Positions 33,000 to 38,376 of a stretch of DNA of 38,376 nucleotides are shown piece by piece. The position numbers were made by a program, and so were the translations under genes. The stretch comes from Octopus bimaculoides (lineage: Eukaryota), in NCBI RefSeq assembly GCF_001194135.2, contig NC_068989.1, positions 44,813,005-44,851,380 on the forward strand, in the 5' to 3' direction. Position 1 is the first letter of the stretch. Each line of letters opens with the position of its first letter. The notes below the pieces were generated by a model. The model searched no databases, was not told where the DNA came from, and was given only the letters and a program-made list of their open reading frames with translations.

Positions 33000-33690
33000 T
33001 CCAGCAGGTTGATTACTTTTTCTGAAAACCCTTGCTTATCGAGATTGCCACCTAAGCATTTACTCACAAAACTAAGTGCATCGACTATCATTGATATAAA
33101 TGTGGATTTATATCAATAATATATCTGGATGTTGAAGCTGGAGGTTTCGAAGCAGTTTTCCATAGTTATCCCCTTTCTCCTTAATTTTTCGAAGCGATAT
33201 ATCAGTAGGGAAGCTGGCTTCTATGTCGGTACACATTTTTTCTTGTCCATCTTATATCCGGTCTGTTATATTTACACTTGTAAGAAGTTTTGATAGGAAT
33301 GTTCCTTGTGTTGATGTTGGTGTACATATTCAACAAGGTGTACTCTATATTCATTACAGTCCCATTTTTCGAATGGCATTGCATCATGTTTTAGCGACAA
33401 CGTCGTGTCGCATAGAGAGTTAGGTTAGTAGCGTTATGGCATTTTTGGGCAACTGCTGATCACGTGTGATTTCTTCCACAGGAATACGACAATCTTCATT
33501 CTCTTTTGCATCTTGGGGGTCCAAGAGCTTCACTGTCACTTTTGTTAACCAGATATTTCGTAGCAAATTCCTGTTCTTGGATTGCAAATGCCAAAACTTC
33601 TAAGTGTGATGCATTGTAGTGGCCCAAGGGAGGTTTCACTTCGTGTCGATATTACTGTCTTCTTCAAGTCTTTGGAAAATGTATGTATGT
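33000..33690 (-). pseudogene. RLE-type LINE 3' fragment (CCHC knuckle plus restriction-like endonuclease), heavily frameshifted
   Basis: Minus-strand pieces SHLEVLAFAIQEQEFATKYLVNK, HVISSCPKM, RHDVVAK, IPIKTSYKCKYNRPDI, KIKEKGDNYGKLLRNLQ, IMIVDALSFVSKCL..NLDKQGFSEK. Confidence 0.78.
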
Positions 33691-33954
33691 AATTATTCAG
33701 TTTTATTTCAAGATTTCTTGCCAATACAGAAAGAGCTGGTTTCTAACCTAGATCCAAGGCTCCTTCACTGGAATTTCAACATCAACATCAAGGTATTTTT
33801 GTATGTAAATATGTATATGTGCAGATTTGTATGTTTTGTTTTATGTTTGTATTCTCATATGTATGTATGTACGTATGTATGCATGCATGCTTGGATGGAT
33901 GGATCTCCATCGATAAAAACGATCGGACTTCAGTTGTTCGATTACATTCTTATC

Positions 33955-34080
33955 AAATTAACATTAACGTGGCTGAGTATTCCACTGACACATGTAACTT
34001 GAACGTAATTCTCAGACAGAATCAACCTCATGATACAGTATGTGACAAGGCTGTACCTTTGAACTACAAGTACAATCTAC
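33955..34080 (-). mobile_element. Probable SINE tail fragment (SINE-C-related variant)
   Basis: Reverse complement TTCAAAGGTACAGCCTTGTCACATAC...CTGAGAATTACGTT..CTCAGCCAC resembles a tail I recall in this repeat group; no second copy in the window. Confidence 0.35.
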
Positions 34081-35176
34081 TGATCAGCTTCGGTGCAGTT
34101 TCTGTCTGTTCAATTTCGATAACAAGATATGGGTCGATCCGACGCTTCAGAAAATTCTATTTATTCAAGAGAATGTACAGAGCGAACGACGTGAAACATT
34201 TTGGTTGGGTAGAAGCGAACTTTTTAAACGGTTCAAATATACTGCACATACTCTCTCTCTCTCAACACACACACACACACACACACACACATGCAAATNN
34301 NNNNNNNNNNNNNNNNNNNNNNNNNNNNNNNNNNNNNNNNNNNNNNNNNNNNNNNNNNNNNNNNNNNNNNNNNNNNNNNNNNNNNNNNNNNNNNNNNNNN
34401 NNNNNNNNNNNNNNNNNNNNNNNNNNNNNNNNNNNNNNNNNNNNNNNNNNNNNNNNNNNNNNNNNNNNNNNNNNNNNNNNNNNNNNNNNNNNNNNNNNNN
34501 NNNNNNNNNNNNNNNNNNNNNNNNNNNNNNNNNNNNNNNNNNNNNNNNNNNNNNNNNNNNNNNNNNNNNNNNNNNNNNNNNNNNNNNNNNNNNNNNNNNN
34601 NNNNNNNNNNNNNNNNNNNNNNNNNNNNNNNNNNNNNNNNNNNNNNNNNNNNNNNNNNNNNNNNNNNNNNNNNNNNNNNNNNNNNNNNNNNNNNNNNNNN
34701 NNNNNNNNNNNNNNNNNNNNNNNNNNNNNNNNNNNNNNNNNNNNNNNNNNNNNNNNNNNNNNNNNNNNNNNNNNNNNNNNNNNNNNNNNNNNNNNNNNNN
34801 NNNNNNNNNNNNNNNNNNNNNNNNNNNNNNNNNNNNNNNNNNNNNNNNNNNNNNNNNNNNNNNNNNNNNNNNNNNNNNNNNNNNNNNNNNNNNNNNNNNN
34901 NNNNNNNNNNNNNNNNNNNNNNNNNNNNNNNNNNNNNNNNNNNNNNNNNNNNNNNNNNNNNNNNNNNNNNNNNNNNNNNNNNNNNNNNNNNNNNNNNNNN
35001 NNNNNNNNNNNNNNNNNNNNNNNNNNNNNNNNNNNNNNNNNNNNNNNNNNNNNNNNNNNNNNNNNNNNNNNNNNNNNNNNNNNNNNNNNNNNNNNNNNNN
35101 NNNNNNNNNNNNNNNNNNNNNNNNNNNNNNNNNNNNNNNNNNNNNNNNNNNNNNNNNNNNNNNNNNNNNNNNNNNN

Positions 35177-35208
<32 letters not shown>

Positions 35209-36129
35209 TTAAATATGTATTATAGTACTTATATGTAAATATCATATACATATATTACATACATACATATACTGTATATGCGTTTATATACATGCATACG
35301 CATATGTATATGTATATATACAGAAACTGAGAGAGAGGGAAAAGAGAGATATAGGGAAAGAGAGAGAGAGTGAGATAAATATGTAGATAGACAGATATAT
35401 ATATATAGAGAGAGAGGGAGAGAGAGAACTTGACATTGAGACTGAAAGTGAAAGTATGAAAATGATGATAAGAAAAAGGCAGTAAGTGAGAACAACTGAT
35501 TGGTTGAATAGCAAACACTGGAAAAATGACGTATAGCTTTGTGAGTTTACGACGTGCCAAACGCGAACGGTCTTTGCTTCTCTTTCTCTCTCTTTATCGC
35601 TCTCCCTCATTCCCCATACACATACACATTCAAATGCACACAGTAGAAGATCGGGAAAGAGAGACTGACATATTGATACAGATAGATAGATAGATAGACA
35701 AAGAGAGAGAGAGAAGAGAAAAAGAGCGTTGTATTACGACGTCGCTACATAAACAGACTGTTAGACGTTGTGTTATGTTGTTAATTTAAGTTAGGGGATT
35801 TTGAAGCAGGATTGGCTTTTGAATGTTATCGATCCGCGGCCATTAATAATACTTTTAATATCCAAACAATGTTCATTTATTGTAGAATTTTGACAGATAC
35901 AAGTATTTAATTGTCTTTTATTGTTTGAATAATATTATAGTGACTCTGACAAGAAGAACTCATCAAATATCTTCGTTAAAAAGGAAAGAAAAAATGTTAA
36001 GGAAACGGTGCTTTCAATTTTAACTGGCCGCTTGGAAACCAAAATAAAAAAAAATAAAGAAAAGAGAAGCAAAATCAAAACTCAAAAGAGCAAACAAAAT
36101 AAATAAAAACACTTCATCTTCTTGGTCCA

Positions 36130-36392
36130 CCCACTCCACCGGTACCCACTGCCATCACCACCAGCACCAGCATCATCACCACCACCACCACCGTTACCAC
36201 CATTACCACCGTTGCCGCCACCATCACCGTTGCCGCCTCCATCACCACTACTACCATCACAATCGATGCTTGGGCCGCTATCCTCTACCCGTCACCCGGC
36301 ACCGCCAATTCCTATTCATGTATGTTATTCAGCCACTAGAATTCACAGTCAGAAATATGGAAGTATTACTACCACCACCACCACCACCACAG
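36130..36392. repeat. Imperfect (ACC/ATC/GCC)n trinucleotide repeat
   Basis: Direct reading. Confidence 0.85.
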
Positions 36393-36404
36393 TTTCGACA
36401 ACGT

Positions 36405-36992
36405 GGTCAGTCGTCTAAATCGACTCCAGTGTTCAACTNNNNNNNNNNNNNNNNNNNNNNNNNNNNNNNNNNNNNNNNNNNNNNNNNNNNNNNNNNNNNN
36501 NNNNNNNNNNNNNNNNNNNNNNNNNNNNNNNNNNNNNNNNNNNNNNNNNNNNNNNNNNNNNNNNNNNNNNNNNNNNNNNNNNNNNNNNNNNNNNNNNNNN
36601 NNNNNNNNNNNNNNNNNNNNNNNNNNNNNNNNNNNNNNNNNNNNNNNNNNNNNNNNNNNNNNNNNNNNNNNNNNNNNNNNNNNNNNNNNNNNNNNNNNNN
36701 NNNNNNNNNNNNNNNNNNNNNNNNNNNNNNNNNNNNNNNNNNNNNNNNNNNNNNNNNNNNNNNNNNNNNNNNNNNNNNNNNNNNNNNNNNNNNNNNNNNN
36801 NNNNNNNNNNNNNNNNNNNNNNNNNNNNNNNNNNNNNNNNNNNNNNNNNNNNNNNNNNNNNNNNNNNNNNNNNNNNNNNNNNNNNNNNNNNNNNNNNNNN
36901 NNNNNNNNNNNNNNNNNNNNNNNNNNNNNNNNNNNNNGAAATACTGCTAGGCATTTCTTCCAACGTGCTAACTATTCTGCCATCGCACCGCC
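36405..36992 (-). mobile_element. SINE-A spanning a gap
   Basis: AGTCGTCTAAATCGACTCCAGTGTTCAACT before the gap and GAAATACTGCTAGGCATT...CGCC head after it. Confidence 0.65.
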
Positions 36993-37010
36993 TTGATGAT
37001 GATGATGATG

Positions 37011-37098
<88 letters not shown>

Positions 37099-37110
37099 TG
37101 ATAATGATAA
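36993..37110. repeat. (TGA)n-(TAA)n-(TGA)n compound microsatellite
   Basis: Direct reading. Confidence 0.97.
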
Positions 37111-37111
37111 T

Positions 37112-37478
37112 GAGAGCACCCAAAGAGCGCAAACCTCCGCCAAGGCAACACCAATGTTCTCTCAACGATTAGCCAGAGATGATTTTTGAAATGAGAATAT
37201 CTGAAATAAATTCGACTTCTCTCGTAAACGAGAATACTAAAAATGAGCCCGACCGCTTTCAAAAATTAAGTAAAAAACTGGAAAAATAATCCAGAATCCT
37301 TGTTCAGTGCTAGATCAATCCCAAAATCTAATCAGTTTGTGCCAGTCACACGGCCAAACATCCCTGAAAGTTTTATCCGAATCTATCTAGCGGTTCTTGA
37401 GATATCTTGTCCACGGACAAACAAACAAACAAACACGACTGAAAACAATACCTTCGTTTTCGTTAAAGCGGAGGTGAC

Positions 37479-37479
<1 letters not shown>
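37112..37479 (-). mobile_element. Helentron-associated non-autonomous element (HINE/DINE-1-like)
   Basis: Subterminal inverted repeats ACCTCCGC 37133-37140 and GCGGAGGT 37468-37475; local hairpin ACCTTCG/CGGAGGT at one end, short GAGAGCAC..GAGCGC hairpin at the other; internal (AAAC)n 37408-37433. Confidence 0.7.
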
Positions 37480-37530
<51 letters not shown>

Positions 37531-37540
37531 GTAATAGTAA

Positions 37541-38081
37541 TGCCTTGATGCAGTACCAGGCAGTGGCTCTCATGGCTTCTGATCTTAACTGACTGGAAAT
37601 GTTATGTACATTGTTTGTTTTGGTATAAAAGATTGGTACAGTAAATATTCTGCTCAATACCAAAGATTTGCTTGTCAGTTGCTTGATCTTAACCAGTTGA
37701 TCATGTCCCTTGCTGGTTGACAATATGTGCATCTCTAATCGTGAGCAGAAGTAGTAGGGCAACATCATAGCCATATGTTGAGAGGAATTGTTTGGGGTTT
37801 GGATAACTCACCTTTGGAAACACGGATGTTACGTTTAACATCCTCAAACAAATCTTATTCACAGACCTTTTGAGCGGGATGGTCTACTCGACCTGAAGAA
37901 AATTCTAACTGGGTCTCACCTGCAAGGTCATGCGCTGTTTATCTTGATATGAGAGCATCATGTCACGCACACATGGTTGTGATGTATGTGGCTGGTGTAC
38001 CCTTATACCCATGACGGCTATACTTGGCTTCGTATATTTTACCCCAGTGTCGCTTGTATGGTATGCACTGCTCTGCCACTC
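37541..38081 (+). mobile_element. Unclassified about 540-bp element embedded in (TAA)n
   Basis: Non-coding, bounded on both sides by TAA repeats; resembles an abundant octopus interspersed repeat as I recall it; class not determined. Confidence 0.5.
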
Positions 38082-38114
38082 AATAATAATAATGATGATA
38101 ATAATAAAAATAAA

Positions 38115-38321
38115 CCTTTCTACTGAAAGCACAAGGCCTAAAATTTGGGGGAACGGATTAAGTCGACCACATCGACTCCAGTGCGTAACTGCAACTTATT
38201 TAATCGACCCCGAAAAGATGAAAGGCAAAGTCGACCTCGGCGGGATTTGAACTCAAAACGTAGCGGCAGACGAAATACCGCATTTCGTCCAGCGTGCTAA
38301 CGATTCGGCCAGCTCGCCGCC
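38115..38321 (-). mobile_element. Full-length SINE-A flanked by TAA repeats
   Basis: CCTTTCTAC...GCACAAGGCC...CGACCCCGAAAAGATGAAAGGCAAAGTCGACCTCGGCGG...GCCAGCTCGCCGCC then (TAA)n to the window end. Confidence 0.92.

Positions 38322-38376
<55 letters not shown>

Noticed and set aside
36122-36418. Proline-rich 98-aa ORF (formin/WASP-like appearance)
   Set aside because: Explained by an imperfect ACC/GCC trinucleotide repeat; non-ATG start and no splice or domain support.
37541-37610. HDV-like ribozyme at the 5' end of the 540-bp element
   Set aside because: The TGCCT/AGGCA stem encloses too few nucleotides to hold P2 and P3.

Overview
Gappy (13 N-runs, roughly 7.3 kb), AT-rich, repeat-saturated animal genomic DNA. 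No intact protein-coding gene, rRNA, true tRNA or CRISPR array is supported. The repeat content (several tRNA-derived SINE families plus dense CA/TA/TATG/TATC/TAA microsatellites) resembles what I recall from octopus-type cephalopod assemblies; this is an inference from memory, not a database result. Recognisable coding remnants are all transposon-derived: a Helitron PIF1 helicase piece, two copies of a mariner DD34D element, a maT/rosa-like transposase end, three RLE-type (R4/Dong/R2-like) LINE 3' fragments, two RTE-group LINE 3' ends (one with three C2H2 fingers) and a Penelope-like GIY-YIG fragment. The most interesting signals: (i) two type I hammerhead-ribozyme-like motifs (about 2029-2095 and 26537-26589), each in a short element nested in the internal microsatellite of a SINE, with a Penelope-like remnant in the same window; (ii) two trains of unrelated elements stacked in (TAA)n tracts; (iii) a dispersed short repeat with a possible pseudoknot; (iv) nested or dimeric MITEs and a young SINE with an intact TSD and hairpin filler. 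SINE-A/B/C and family D are my own working labels.
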